The notes beneath the pieces were generated by a model. That model was not told the origin of the DNA and did no database searches. It was given only the letters and a program-made list of their open reading frames with translations. Positions 29,484 through 40,420 of a stretch of 64,000 bases of DNA are shown here, one piece after another (within the stretch, counting starts at the first letter, position 1; each line of letters begins with the position of its first letter). Source of the stretch: Microcoleus sp. (GTDB lineage Bacteria; Cyanobacteriota; Cyanobacteriia; Cyanobacteriales; Microcoleaceae); the NCBI GenBank assembly GCA_052279835.1, contig CP181291.1:3392001-3456000 (forward strand), written 5' to 3'. Position numbers and translations under genes: made by a program.

Positions 29484-32400
29484 ATGATTCCTATACAACT
29501 GACACTCAAAAATTTTCTCAGCTATCGCGAAGCTGCTTTAGACTTTCGCGGCTTGCACACTGCTTGCATTTGCGGGCCTAACGGTGCGGGCAAATCTTCA
29601 CTCTTGGAAGCGATTACCTGGGCTGTTTGGGGCTGTTGTCGCAGCGATGAAGATGAGATCATCCACATGGGCGAAATTGATGTTCGGGTTGATTTCACTT
29701 TTGCGACTGGTGGCCAAGTTTATCGGGTAATTCGCCATCGCCGCCGCGGACAATCCGGGAGTTTGGAATTTCAAGTAGCAACCAACCTCCCCTTCTACGC
29801 CCTGAGTAAAGGGGGGGCGCAAGGGGAAAATTGTGGCCTTGGTAAGGGAACGCAAGCAGAATTCACTTCTTCTGAGTCGCTGACTAAGGAGGGGCTAGGG
29901 GGGGTGAATTTTCGCACGCTGACTGATAAAGGTCTGAGAATCACTCAGCAGAAAATTCTCGAATACATTAAATTAGATTACGATACTTTTATCAACTCAG
30001 CCTATCTGCGACAAGGGCGAGCTGATGAGTTTATGCTGAAAAAGCCGATCGAGCGCAAACAAGTGTTAGCAAATTTGCTCAAACTCGATCGCTACGATGG
30101 TTTGTCGGAACAAGCCAAGGATAAATCGAGACAATTTAAAACTCAAGTGGAAGTGCTCAAGCAGAGTTTGCAAACCATACAAGAGCAACTGCAACAAAAA
30201 GATGCGATCGCCACAGAACAAGCCCAATTGCAGCAAACTACGACGCAATTGCAACAACAGCAGCAAATCGACACCGCACTGTTGCAGCAACTGCAACTGC
30301 AACACCACAATCGCCAAACTTGGCAAACACTCCTGGCTGGCTACCAACAACAACACAACAACATCTCTCAAGAATGCCGTCGCTTGCAGCAAGAACTCGC
30401 CGCAGCAAAACAGCAGCAAAATGAGCTGCAAGCCCTGCTAGAGCAAGAAAATGAAATTACAACCGGAATTACTTATTTCCACAGTCTACAAGCCAATGAA
30501 GAGAGTCTAGCCGGAAAATTTAAAGCTAACCAAGAGGCTCAAAATCAACGTCAAAAATTGCAAGAACAGCAGCGGCAAGAATTGAGTGTTTTGCAAGGCA
30601 GAATTCAACAATTGCAAGCTCAATTAGATGTTTTGCAACAGCAAGAAACCGAAGTGATAGAAGTTCTGAAACAGCAGCCGGAGGTGGAAAAAGGACTGGC
30701 TAAATTGCAAGTAGCCCGATCGCAACTCCAACAACTCGAACAACTGCAACTGCAAGTTTCGCCCCTACTCCAACAGCAACAACAGACACAAACTAAACTC
30801 GATCGCGCCCACGCAGGTTTAACCGCCCGCTTGCAGGAAATTAACCGACAGTTACAAGTGGAACAGCAGCAGCGACAGCCCCAATTGCAACAGGAAATTT
30901 CAGCAATTGCCAATCAAATTTTGCTGTTAGAAAACAAGCGAGTTTATCAAGAGCGAGTCCGGGAAAAAGGCAGAGAAAGGCACAACTTTCTCGAAAACCT
31001 GAAATCTAAAAGCCTGGACTATCAAACTAAATTAGATGAAATCGATCGCAAACTGCAACTTTTACGGAAAGAAGAAGGCGAAAAAACTGCCGAGAAGGCT
31101 TTGCTTCGGGAAAGTCAAGCAGCGAATTTGCTGGACAATGAGCAATCTCACTCCCATTTAGTTGTGCGCGATGCCGATTTTGGGAATTGTCCTTTGTGCG
31201 ATCGACCTTTAGACGAACACTACTGGAATTTGGTAGTCAAAAAACATCATACCCAACAGCAAGAAATTTGGAATCAACTCTGGGTAGTCCGGGAACAGTT
31301 AGCCGTGTCGGAACGGGAAATTCACGTCCTCAGACAGGAATTTCGCCAACTAGAAGCTGAATTAGCCCCCTATGAAGAATTGCGGGAACGGCGCGCTAAT
31401 TTGCAGGCTCAATTGGAGGCACTGGGTAAAGATGAAAAGCGCTTGCAAATTCTGCGAAAAGATGCTGGGGAAATAGAGCGATCGCTCCGTACTGGGGATT
31501 ACGCATCCGATGAGTATGCCCAACTCCAACAAATCGAACAGCAACTGCAACAACTCAATTATAGCGATCTCAGTCACTCCCTCGTCCGCAGTGAAGAAAA
31601 GCGTTTGCGGTGGGCAGAAATTCAGCAATCTCAAATCAAAGATGCTCAACAGAAATTTAATAAAATTAAGGCCCGCCGTCCTGAATTGCAAACTCAATTA
31701 GTCGCATTGCAGCAGCAGTTAGAACAGGAAAAAAACAGTTCGCCCATACAGCAGCAAATTCTGTCTTTAGATAGATATATTGCCGAAGTTGGTTACAATT
31801 TTGAACAGCACGAACAAGTCCGCAGCGAAATGCGCCGGACGCAATTTTGGCTTCCTAGGGCCGAAAAACTGCGGGCGGCAACTCAGCAGCACCCGCAAGT
31901 GCAGCAGCGAGTTAATGAAATAGCTAGTTCGATGGCTGTGCGCGATCGAGATTTGCAAGCTGTCAGCGCTCAAATTGCGGCCATGAATAAGCAGTTGCAA
32001 GAACATCCCGATTCCAGAGCACAAATAAGTGCGATCGAACAACAAATCAGTAGCCGTCGCCAGCAGCTAGACCAACATTTGGGAAGTCTGGGACGGCTTC
32101 AGCAACAGCAGCAAAGTCTAGAAGCTTGGCAAGTTCAGCTAGTAGCTCAAAAGGAGCAAATGCAAGTTGCCAAACGCCAGCAGCGAGTTTATCAAGAGCT
32201 TGGTCAAGCCTTTGGTAAAAATGGTATTCAAGCTTTGATGATTGAAAATGTGTTGCCTCAACTAGAAGCAGAAACTAATCAAATATTATCCAGGTTGAGC
32301 GCCAATCAATTGCACGTTCAATTTATTACTCAGCGGGCTGCTGCTTCTAAAAAAGCCACTAAATTGATTGATACTTTAGATATTTTAATCGCCGATGCCC

Positions 32401-32711
32401 GTGGCACTCGTCCCTACGAAACTTACTCTGGTGGTGAAGCTTTTCGGATTAATTTTGCGATTCGGTTAGCCCTGGCGAGGTTGTTATCTCAGCGGGCAGG
32501 GACGGCTTTGCAAATGTTGATTATTGACGAGGGATTCGGGACTCAGGATGCCGAAGGATGCGATCGACTGATTGCAGCTATAAACGCGATCGCGTCGGAT
32601 TTCGCCTGCATTCTAACCGTTACCCATATGCCACACTTAAAAGAAGCTTTTCAAGCCAGAATAGAAGTTAACAAAACTGCTCGCGGTTCTTGTATCAGCT
32701 TGTCGGTGTAG
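29484..32711 (+). CDS. sbcC: SMC-family exonuclease subunit SbcC
   Basis: GPNGAGKSS Walker A, CPLC zinc hook, YSGGE signature, IIDEGFG Walker B, long coiled coils. Confidence 0.93.
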   Translation: MIPIQLTLKNFLSYREAALDFRGLHTACICGPNGAGKSSLLEAITWAVWGCCRSDEDEIIHMGEIDVRVDFTFATGGQVYRVIRHRRRGQSGSLEFQVATNLPFYALSKGGAQGENCGLGKGTQAEFTSSESLTKEGLGGVNFRTLTDKGLRITQQKILEYIKLDYDTFINSAYLRQGRADEFMLKKPIERKQVLANLLKLDRYDGLSEQAKDKSRQFKTQVEVLKQSLQTIQEQLQQKDAIATEQAQLQQTTTQLQQQQQIDTALLQQLQLQHHNRQTWQTLLAGYQQQHNNISQECRRLQQELAAAKQQQNELQALLEQENEITTGITYFHSLQANEESLAGKFKANQEAQNQRQKLQEQQRQELSVLQGRIQQLQAQLDVLQQQETEVIEVLKQQPEVEKGLAKLQVARSQLQQLEQLQLQVSPLLQQQQQTQTKLDRAHAGLTARLQEINRQLQVEQQQRQPQLQQEISAIANQILLLENKRVYQERVREKGRERHNFLENLKSKSLDYQTKLDEIDRKLQLLRKEEGEKTAEKALLRESQAANLLDNEQSHSHLVVRDADFGNCPLCDRPLDEHYWNLVVKKHHTQQQEIWNQLWVVREQLAVSEREIHVLRQEFRQLEAELAPYEELRERRANLQAQLEALGKDEKRLQILRKDAGEIERSLRTGDYASDEYAQLQQIEQQLQQLNYSDLSHSLVRSEEKRLRWAEIQQSQIKDAQQKFNKIKARRPELQTQLVALQQQLEQEKNSSPIQQQILSLDRYIAEVGYNFEQHEQVRSEMRRTQFWLPRAEKLRAATQQHPQVQQRVNEIASSMAVRDRDLQAVSAQIAAMNKQLQEHPDSRAQISAIEQQISSRRQQLDQHLGSLGRLQQQQQSLEAWQVQLVAQKEQMQVAKRQQRVYQELGQAFGKNGIQALMIENVLPQLEAETNQILSRLSANQLHVQFITQRAAASKKATKLIDTLDILIADARGTRPYETYSGGEAFRINFAIRLALARLLSQRAGTALQMLIIDEGFGTQDAEGCDRLIAAINAIASDFACILTVTHMPHLKEAFQARIEVNKTARGSCISLSV

Positions 32712-33039
32712 AGTGATGGGCGAAGCGCACAGGATATGACAGGTTTGGAACTGCCGATCGGCTATCAAATTATGGTAAAAAAATATAAGGGAAGCCTGCG
32801 GTGCATCTGGGCATTCTTGCCAGGGAAGAGAACTGTGGATTTAAATTCCAGTGTGGGAGTAGGTTCTTAAGTTGTTGACAAAGGTGCAAAATGTCAGAAA
32901 CCTCTAAATTTTAATTCCCAATTGCCCTCCGTTTTTGAGCGATCGGGGCTTTAAATTCGCAGCATAAAACGCTGAAATTAGCTGAAATTAATCGAAATCA
33001 GTGCTGCGCTATCCTAAATCCCCTATTGGCGACTCGATT

Positions 33040-34911
33040 ATGTTGAAAAAATTACCTTTGCCCTGGTTTCGCTACATTCCAGCAGGTTTGACGCTGAGTT
33101 TGGGTATAGGGTTGTCTGTGTTTACATTTGCCATTGTGTGGAACTGGGAAAACGGGCGCTGGGACTACGAAACCCACCGTCGCATGGATGATATCTCGAT
33201 CGCCCTCGAAAGGCAGCTAAACTCAGATTTAGACACTGTTCTCGCCCTCAGCGACTACATGAAAGCTTTCCGCACAGTCGATAAGTCCTCCTTTGCCCGA
33301 TTTGTGGGTCGTCCCCTATCAGTCCACCCCAGTCTGCAAATCCTCGCTTGGCTACCCCGCGTCCCCGATCGCGATCGCGCCGACTACGAAGCCCAAAACA
33401 AAACCCAAAACCAGCCCAACTTCCAGATTACAGAATCAGGTCTCCAAGGACAACCAATCCCAGCCCGTCAACGTTCCGAATACTTCCCTGCTTTATACCT
33501 AGAACCCGCAGCAACCAACAAAACAGTTTTGGGCTTTGACTTCGCCTCCCAACCACAAATCCGGGCCGCACTCTCTCGCGGGCGAGATACCGGAGAAATG
33601 GTTGTCACCAGTTACATCGGTTTAATTCAAAATAATTCCTCGGAATTAAATCTATTAGCCATAGTCCCGATATACGAAACCAGCACCAAACCAACTACCG
33701 TCGCCTCCCGTCGCCAACTGCTGCAAGGATTTGTCATGGGAGTATTTCGAGGCAAAGATGTGTTGCAAACTTCTTTAAAAGGACGCAATACCGACTATCT
33801 GAATATTTATATCTCTAGCGAGGCTCCAGACAAGCCAGAAGCATCCTCAATTTCACGGGATAGCCGCTCCCCCGTTCGGCAAGATACACCAGCCACCAGC
33901 CAAATTAACGAATTTTCAGTGCTGTTTCAGTCCGACAGCCAACAAGTCTTGCCGGGGTCCGCCGATTTGCAACAGCAAGTCAAGTCAAACTGTCCCATTC
34001 TCAACAATCCGGGTCCAGATTATACCGCTTGCAGGAGACGCCTCAAAATTAGCGATCGCGATTGGTATGTCTACGTCTCAGCCAGTCGGGAAATTCGTAA
34101 AAGTCGAAAACACTGGCGTTCTTGGGGAACTCTCACCATGGGGATGTTATGGACTTTCATTCCCGTCACTTATATGCTGACAGCTTTGAGCCGCACTGCC
34201 CAAATCGAAAAACTAGCCCAAGAAAGAGCCCGCCAAGCTTCCCAGTTGCAGAATGCTTACAAACAGTTGGAAGCCGAACAAACAAAGTCCGATCGACTCT
34301 TGCTAAATGTGTTACCCGCAGCGATTGTCCAGCGTTTGAAGCACAACGAACATAATATTGCCGAAAGTTTTGGCGAAGTAACTGTCATGTTTGCTGATAT
34401 TGTCGGGTTTACAGAGCTTTCTTCGAGAATTTCAGCCACGGCGGTGGTGGAAGTGCTCAACGATATTTTTTCTGCTTTTGACCACTTGGCCGATCGCCAC
34501 GGTTTAGAGAAAATTAAAACTATCGGTGATGCTTACATGGTAGTCGGTGGTTTGCCTACCCCCCGAAAGGATCACGCCGAGGCGATCGCAGCAATGGCGA
34601 TCGATATGCTACAAGAAATTCGCCGCCTCAGTTTACAACATTCGGAACCTTTCAGCATTCGGATCGGCATTCACACCGGGCCAGTAGTAGCCGGAGTTAT
34701 CGGGCTCAAAAAGTTTATTTACGATTTGTGGGGCGACACAGTAAATATTGCTTCGCGCATGGAATCCCATGGGATTACCGGCTGCATTCAAGTCACCGTA
34801 GAAACCCAAGAACTCTTAAAAGATAAGTATACTTTTCAGAAGCGTGGCGCTATTCAAATTAAAGGCAAAGGCTACATGATTACTTATTTGCTAACTGGTC
34901 CGAAAGAATAG
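33040..34911 (+). CDS. CHASE-domain membrane adenylate/guanylate cyclase
   Basis: Two TMs flanking a CHASE domain; FADIVGFT, KIKTIGDAYM, YDLWGDTVNIASRMES (ATP-specific K/D pair). Confidence 0.9.
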   Translation: MLKKLPLPWFRYIPAGLTLSLGIGLSVFTFAIVWNWENGRWDYETHRRMDDISIALERQLNSDLDTVLALSDYMKAFRTVDKSSFARFVGRPLSVHPSLQILAWLPRVPDRDRADYEAQNKTQNQPNFQITESGLQGQPIPARQRSEYFPALYLEPAATNKTVLGFDFASQPQIRAALSRGRDTGEMVVTSYIGLIQNNSSELNLLAIVPIYETSTKPTTVASRRQLLQGFVMGVFRGKDVLQTSLKGRNTDYLNIYISSEAPDKPEASSISRDSRSPVRQDTPATSQINEFSVLFQSDSQQVLPGSADLQQQVKSNCPILNNPGPDYTACRRRLKISDRDWYVYVSASREIRKSRKHWRSWGTLTMGMLWTFIPVTYMLTALSRTAQIEKLAQERARQASQLQNAYKQLEAEQTKSDRLLLNVLPAAIVQRLKHNEHNIAESFGEVTVMFADIVGFTELSSRISATAVVEVLNDIFSAFDHLADRHGLEKIKTIGDAYMVVGGLPTPRKDHAEAIAAMAIDMLQEIRRLSLQHSEPFSIRIGIHTGPVVAGVIGLKKFIYDLWGDTVNIASRMESHGITGCIQVTVETQELLKDKYTFQKRGAIQIKGKGYMITYLLTGPKE

Positions 34912-35051
34912 TCATTGGTTATTAAGTAGAAGGAAGAAGGAAGAAGTCACCCCCCCCTGCCCCCCCCAAGGGGGGAAGATCGATGTGAAGAAGGCTCATA
35001 GAGCAAGCTTTTTAGCCACCTGTATCTTACGTTTAATTAAGTGGACTTACT

Positions 35052-35112
35052 TAGTTATTAGTTATTGGTTATTGGTTATTGGTTATTGGTTATTGGTTAT
35101 TGGTTATTGGTC
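35052..35112 (+). repeat. heptamer tandem repeat (TTATTGG)n
   Basis: Directly visible between convergent genes. Confidence 0.9.
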
Positions 35113-35143
35113 ACTCACCATAACCACTAGCCAATTTCTACTC

Positions 35144-35914
35144 TCAACTATCAACTGTCAACAACATCAACTCTTCCGCCATTTCAAAATTAGCAGTCAC
35201 ACTTTGGACATCATCTAAATCTTCCAGTGCATCCATTAACTTCAAGAGCGATCGAGCTTTTTCAGCATTGTCGATTTCCACTGTAATACTGGGAATCCAA
35301 CGAATCTCTGACTGCAAAACTTGAAAACCTTTCTGTTTCAAAACCTCAGAAAGATTTTCCAAATTAGCCACAGTCGTAAACACCTCACCACCTTCCTCAT
35401 CTTCATCAATAGATATCAACTCATAGGATTGAGCCTCTGCTTCTAGGGACGCTTCAAACAATTTTTCCTCGTCCATAAAACCGCCTACCGTACAAACCCC
35501 TTTTTGGTCAAACATCCAGCCCACGCAGCCAGTTTCACCCAGATTCCCACCATTTTTCGTAAAAGCTTCCCGCAAGCCAGCCGCCGTGCGATTGCGATTG
35601 TCTGTCAGCGCTTCAATCAAAATAGCCACACCGCCAATACCGTAACCTTCGTAGCGGATAGCTTCTAATTCCGAACTCGCCCCAGACAAACCCGCACCTT
35701 TGGCGATCGCCCTTTCTATGTTTTCATTAGGAATACTCGCCGCCTTCGCTTTTTCAATAGCCGTTCGCAATTGAAAATTGCCCGCCGGATCTGACACACC
35801 GCTGCGGGCTGCGACAATAATTTCACGAGATATTCTAGCAAAAACCTTGCCTTTAACGGCATCAACTCTAGCTTTTTGGCGTTTAATATTCGCCCACTTA
35901 CTATGTCCAGCCAT
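35144..35914 (-). CDS. yebC: YebC/PmpR family protein
   Basis: MAGHSKWANIK, YEGYG, TDNRNRT, LEDLDDVQ. Confidence 0.93.
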   Translation of the reverse strand: MAGHSKWANIKRQKARVDAVKGKVFARISREIIVAARSGVSDPAGNFQLRTAIEKAKAASIPNENIERAIAKGAGLSGASSELEAIRYEGYGIGGVAILIEALTDNRNRTAAGLREAFTKNGGNLGETGCVGWMFDQKGVCTVGGFMDEEKLFEASLEAEAQSYELISIDEDEEGGEVFTTVANLENLSEVLKQKGFQVLQSEIRWIPSITVEIDNAEKARSLLKLMDALEDLDDVQSVTANFEMAEELMLLTVDS

Positions 35915-36076
35915 ACCGATTCGGGATTTTCGATTTGATATTTTTTAAGAGACCTCTCCATTAATTCTTGTAAGGTAGGCATCCAGCCAACCCTTAACAG
36001 GCTTTTGAGGAGACATCTGTTGAAATTGAACAATCTCAGCCTAATTTTAATACACAAGATGGCATAATCATAAATT

Positions 36077-36715
36077 TTAATTAAACCGAATCATCGCTTC
36101 CGTGTCGCTGAGATGAGAAGTATCACCATTAAGTTCGATCGACCATTCGCCCCCATCCCGTACCACTTTCACCAAACAACACAGAGAAGCATTAATTTCC
36201 GTCTCCAGACCCCCCGCCAGTCCGATCGCAGTCCCTAACACCGACGCACCGTGACCTACTAACAGTATATCTTCAGGAAACTCAGCCACAAGGCGTCTAG
36301 CAGTTTCCCCAGCCCTTTTGAGACAACCCTCCCCTGTTTCTGGATAATTTGCCATCCCGCCTTTATAGGAAGCATCAATCCGAGGGAAACGCTGACATAA
36401 AGCCTCCACAGAAAGAGTTTCCGGCATTTCCGTCATCCATTCAGGGTTCAGCCACTCGCACAATCCCCACTCTAATTTTAGCGACAAATCCAGGGCTTCC
36501 GCCGCGTAGTTTGCCGTTTGGACTGTTCGCAGAAAAGGAGAGGCAAAAATGTGAGAAATCCCTTCACCTTTGAGGCGGTTAGCCAATTGTTTGGCTTGAA
36601 TATGTCCATCTTCTGAAAGATAGGGATCGTAGCGGTGTTCTGCGGTGAGAAACCAGTCGGGGTTAACGAAGTCGATGCGGTTTCCGTGTCGTGCGATCCA
36701 GACTGTTTGTGGCAT
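36077..36715 (-). CDS. histidine phosphatase family protein
   Basis: RHG, SPFLRTVQTA, VGHG. Confidence 0.85.
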   Translation of the reverse strand: MPQTVWIARHGNRIDFVNPDWFLTAEHRYDPYLSEDGHIQAKQLANRLKGEGISHIFASPFLRTVQTANYAAEALDLSLKLEWGLCEWLNPEWMTEMPETLSVEALCQRFPRIDASYKGGMANYPETGEGCLKRAGETARRLVAEFPEDILLVGHGASVLGTAIGLAGGLETEINASLCCLVKVVRDGGEWSIELNGDTSHLSDTEAMIRFN

Positions 36716-36775
36716 GAGTTGTTTTGAGTTTAGATTGTGGTGTAATATTATATCAAAGATGTAGATTTTGGAGCT

Positions 36776-37480
36776 TTAGGGAATTCGAGTGGAATCAAAA
36801 CCAGGCTGTATTCGCAACAATTGGTCGGCTCCCTTTTGAAACTCATAGGATACATCCTGAACTTCTACTTTATATCCTTGTCCTTTTAACTCTTGGATAA
36901 TTGGTGTTAGTAAAAGAGAAGGTTCACCAGAAATTTTTATAACAGGAAAAATACGCACTTCCCTCGCAGTACGACACATTTCTAGAATTGATTCCAGATG
37001 AAATAATTCGGTAAAATGGTCGGAATAAGTAAACAAAAAATGACTGCATAGTGCCAAATCAAACTGGCCATTCTCAAAAGGTAATATCGGCAACTCACCA
37101 GTTACATAGCGGCGTTCCTGAATCCCTTGTGGCAAATCTTCCAAGAATTGCTGCATCGCCGCCATTCTCACTTCGCCCAAGTGGGTTGGTGACTCGATAT
37201 TTGTCCACAGGTAGTCGTCTTGATTTGCCCTAACTCCATCAATCACCCTTTGATATGTTTCCTGGATGCGTTCGGCAATTTCCTCAGCCGAAAATTGATA
37301 AACAGGATCGCAAGAAGTTACTTGATTACCTTGGCGAGTCATTTCTGCATTGAAGCTAGCTGGACCTCCGGCACAGTCAAGTATCTTTAATTTTCGGTCT
37401 GCCGATGTCAGGTGGAACATTCCGATATATTCGTCCAAGCAGCGACCCCAAGGAATCACTTTATCAAGCTTAAGTCCCAC
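36776..37480 (-). CDS. class I SAM-dependent methyltransferase
   Basis: ILDCAGGPASF, FDLALCSHFLF; GTG start. Confidence 0.8.
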   Translation of the reverse strand: MGLKLDKVIPWGRCLDEYIGMFHLTSADRKLKILDCAGGPASFNAEMTRQGNQVTSCDPVYQFSAEEIAERIQETYQRVIDGVRANQDDYLWTNIESPTHLGEVRMAAMQQFLEDLPQGIQERRYVTGELPILPFENGQFDLALCSHFLFTYSDHFTELFHLESILEMCRTAREVRIFPVIKISGEPSLLLTPIIQELKGQGYKVEVQDVSYEFQKGADQLLRIQPGFDSTRIP

Positions 37481-37686
37481 GTATTTTTGACTCGCAAATA
37501 AGAGTAGACGATCTGGATTTTACAGCAAAGTGAGGCTACACTGGATATCAGTTGACTTGAGATTTTAAATTTTAGATTTTAGTGAGTTCTCCCCAGATGA
37601 ATGTGGAGCTTAAACTTTGGTCTAAAATTATAAACTAATTAACCGAATTGCGATCGCCCCGGAACAGACTGCAACCCGAAAAAAAT

Positions 37687-39522
37687 ATGAAACAAACCGT
37701 TAAAGGCGCTACCAGTCTTAGTTTATCGGCACTCGTGTTATTGAGCAGTTCACTACCCACTATGGCTCAGTTACCAGCCCTCAGACCCAGACCACCCCTT
37801 CCTAACCCAAATCCAGTGAGACTACCGCCACCTCCACCTCCACCTCTTCCTGGTGCTCGTGTCCCCCTCGGCAATTCCGGTTTACCCACCCAGGAATCAC
37901 CTTATGTTTTAGGTTCGGGCGATCGCATTGCTTTAGATATTTTTGGTGTCCCTGAATTTAGCAAAGAATACCAAGTATTAGTTGACGGTACTCTAAATTT
38001 ACCAATCATTCGTAGTGTATCAATTCAAGGGCTAACATTGCAACAAGCCGCCAGCGCCATTACCAAGCGATATGAACCCTTCATCAATGTGCCCGTTGTC
38101 ACCGTAACTTTGATGGTTGCTAGACCCCTAAACATCGGGATTGCTGGAGAAATTACTCGTCCCGGTTCCTACAAGATTAATCCCTCAAGAGAAGGGGGAG
38201 GAGTCAAATTTCCCACTTTGATGGAAATGCTGCAACTTGCAAAAGGAGTCACATCCGCAGGAGATATGCGGGCCGTCCAAATCCGCCGTCCCCGCAGAGG
38301 GGGACCAGAGCAAGTTATTACTGTTAATTTGCAGGAATTTTTAGATACCGGAAATCTGCGGCAAGATGTCACTATCCGAGATGGAGATACAATTTATATA
38401 CCCACAGCCAGTGCTCTGAATACTCAAGAAGTACGTCAAAGAGCCAGTGCCAATTTTTCCGCTGATATTACTAAACCAATTGGTGTGGTCATTGTCGGCG
38501 AGGTAAGTCGCCCTGGACCTTATACTATATCTGCTGCTGATTTGCGATCGACCAACCAACAAACGGAACTCGGTTTTGTTAGCATCGAGCAACAGCAAGG
38601 AGCCGTGGTGGGTCTACCAACTATCACTAGAGCACTCAAAATTGCTGGCGGTATCACCACAGAAGCAGACATTCGCCGCGTGCAAATCCGGCGCCAAATC
38701 AGAGGAGGCAACGAACAAACTATCATGGTAAATCTCTGGGATTTGCTGCAAAAAGGTGATGCTACCCAAGATGTTTTGTTGCAAGAAGGAGATAGCGTGA
38801 TTATCCCCACCGCAGCGAATGTAGACTTGACAGAAATCTCCCAAATTGGCAGTAGTAGTTTCTCTCCCAACGCCATTAGCATCAATATTGTAGGCGAAGT
38901 AGTCAGACCTGGAGCTTTGTTAGTTAAACCCAGTACATCTCTCCACCAAGCTTTGCTAACTGCTGGCAGTTTCAATCAATTGCGTGCCAAAAAAGACAAG
39001 GTGGAACTATTACGTTTGAACGCCAATGGCACTGTTTCTCGCCGTACCATAGATGTTGACTTTGCCCAAGGTTTGAATCCCAACAATAATCCCACTCTCC
39101 GCAACAATGATGTGATTCTTGTAGCGCGATCGGGCTATACTAGAGTAGCAGATAATGTCAACAGTTTCTTGCAGCCCTTCACCGGAGTTGCAGGTGTCAT
39201 CAACAGTGTTAGCGGAGTTTTGAGTGGTTTTCAAACAACTATCAACACTTTTCAGAACTTATTTTTGGGCGGAGATTTCGAGCGCCGCAATCAGCTTAGA
39301 CAGATTCGCGAACAACGTCAAGATAGAGAACAGCAACGTGAAGACAGACAACTAGAAAGAGAGATACAACGTGAAGATAGATTACAGCAAGCAGAAGACA
39401 GAAAACTGCAACTTGAAGACAGACAGCGGCAAATAGACTTGCAAAATCAACAACTTCAGATTCAGCAGCAGCAACTTCTCCTCCAAAACCAGCAGCCACA
39501 GCAAACTCAGTCTAATCCTTGA
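37687..39522 (+). CDS. polysaccharide export (Wza/OPX) protein with SLBB repeats and a Q/E/R-rich C-terminal tail
   Basis: YVLGSGDRI...VLVDGTLNLP (Poly_export), three GEV.RPG SLBB units. Confidence 0.85.
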   Translation: MKQTVKGATSLSLSALVLLSSSLPTMAQLPALRPRPPLPNPNPVRLPPPPPPPLPGARVPLGNSGLPTQESPYVLGSGDRIALDIFGVPEFSKEYQVLVDGTLNLPIIRSVSIQGLTLQQAASAITKRYEPFINVPVVTVTLMVARPLNIGIAGEITRPGSYKINPSREGGGVKFPTLMEMLQLAKGVTSAGDMRAVQIRRPRRGGPEQVITVNLQEFLDTGNLRQDVTIRDGDTIYIPTASALNTQEVRQRASANFSADITKPIGVVIVGEVSRPGPYTISAADLRSTNQQTELGFVSIEQQQGAVVGLPTITRALKIAGGITTEADIRRVQIRRQIRGGNEQTIMVNLWDLLQKGDATQDVLLQEGDSVIIPTAANVDLTEISQIGSSSFSPNAISINIVGEVVRPGALLVKPSTSLHQALLTAGSFNQLRAKKDKVELLRLNANGTVSRRTIDVDFAQGLNPNNNPTLRNNDVILVARSGYTRVADNVNSFLQPFTGVAGVINSVSGVLSGFQTTINTFQNLFLGGDFERRNQLRQIREQRQDREQQREDRQLEREIQREDRLQQAEDRKLQLEDRQRQIDLQNQQLQIQQQQLLLQNQQPQQTQSNP

Positions 39523-39572
39523 TCTAGCGATCGCCTTGGCGCTGGCTATAATTGAAAAATCCCATAGCCACA

Positions 39573-39675
39573 ATATCAAATCCGGTAGCATGGGAATTAT
39601 TCATCTCTGTTATCTCCCTCTGTGTTCTCTGCGTTCTCTGTGGTTAAATCATTCCGATGCAACAGTCAACGATAT
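39573..39675 (+). mobile_element. family-A MITE, degenerate
   Basis: ATATCAAATCC...GTGGTTAAATCATTCCGATGCAACAGTCAACGATAT. Confidence 0.65.
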
Positions 39676-39750
39676 AACCCAGAATTTTTCCCTAATTCTG
39701 GGTTTTTTGATCGTAAAATATGTGGGTTAAATAATCTTTTATGACTCTTC

Positions 39751-39884
39751 ATATAAAATCCTGTCTTCATCGTCCTGTATTAAACTCTCTCTTCTCTTCC
39801 TCTTTCCCCCCTTGGGGGGGGCAGGGGGGGGTCGTCCTTAGCGCCTTCGCGGTTAAATCATTCCGATACAACCGGAATTGATAT
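39751..39884 (+). mobile_element. family-A MITE carrying a nested family-C palindrome
   Basis: Same right end as 29322-29401; extra TTCCCCCCTTGGGGGGGGCAGGGGGGGG at about 39805-39833. Confidence 0.75.
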
Positions 39885-39970
39885 CACCCCCAGAATTAGC
39901 CAAGAGCCTATTTCCATCGCCTAATAATTTCAGATCATCTCCCGATTCATCAATCGGGAGAATCTCAAAA

Positions 39971-40420
39971 CTACTCCACAATCCAAGGAGTTAAACAAGG
40001 TTTCCAAGCACTCAATTCTTCATCCTTGAACCAGAGACTAATTTCCTGGTTGGCAGTTTCCACAGCATCCGAACCGTGAATAATATTGCGGCCGACATTC
40101 ACAGCCAAATCACCACGAATTGTCCCCGGTTCCGAATTCAGAGGATTGGTTGCGCCAATGATTTTTCTCGCCGAAGCCACAACACCGTCGCCTTCCCACA
40201 CCATCGCCACCATGGGGCCTGAAGTGATGAAGTTTACCAATCCTTCAAAAAACGGTCTTTCTTTGTGGACACCGTAATGCTGTTCGGCCAATTCGCGAGT
40301 CGCCACGATCAGCTTCATGCCAACTAGCGTAAAGCCTTTGGCCTCAAAACGACCGATAATTTCGCCAACGAGTCCGCGCTGTACGCCATCGGGCTTAATC
40401 GCTAAAAAAGTGCGTTCCAA
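39971..40420 (-). CDS. ndk: nucleoside-diphosphate kinase
   Basis: [31 protein letters not shown] start after AGGAG. Confidence 0.97.
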   Translation of the reverse strand: MERTFLAIKPDGVQRGLVGEIIGRFEAKGFTLVGMKLIVATRELAEQHYGVHKERPFFEGLVNFITSGPMVAMVWEGDGVVASARKIIGATNPLNSEPGTIRGDLAVNVGRNIIHGSDAVETANQEISLWFKDEELSAWKPCLTPWIVE

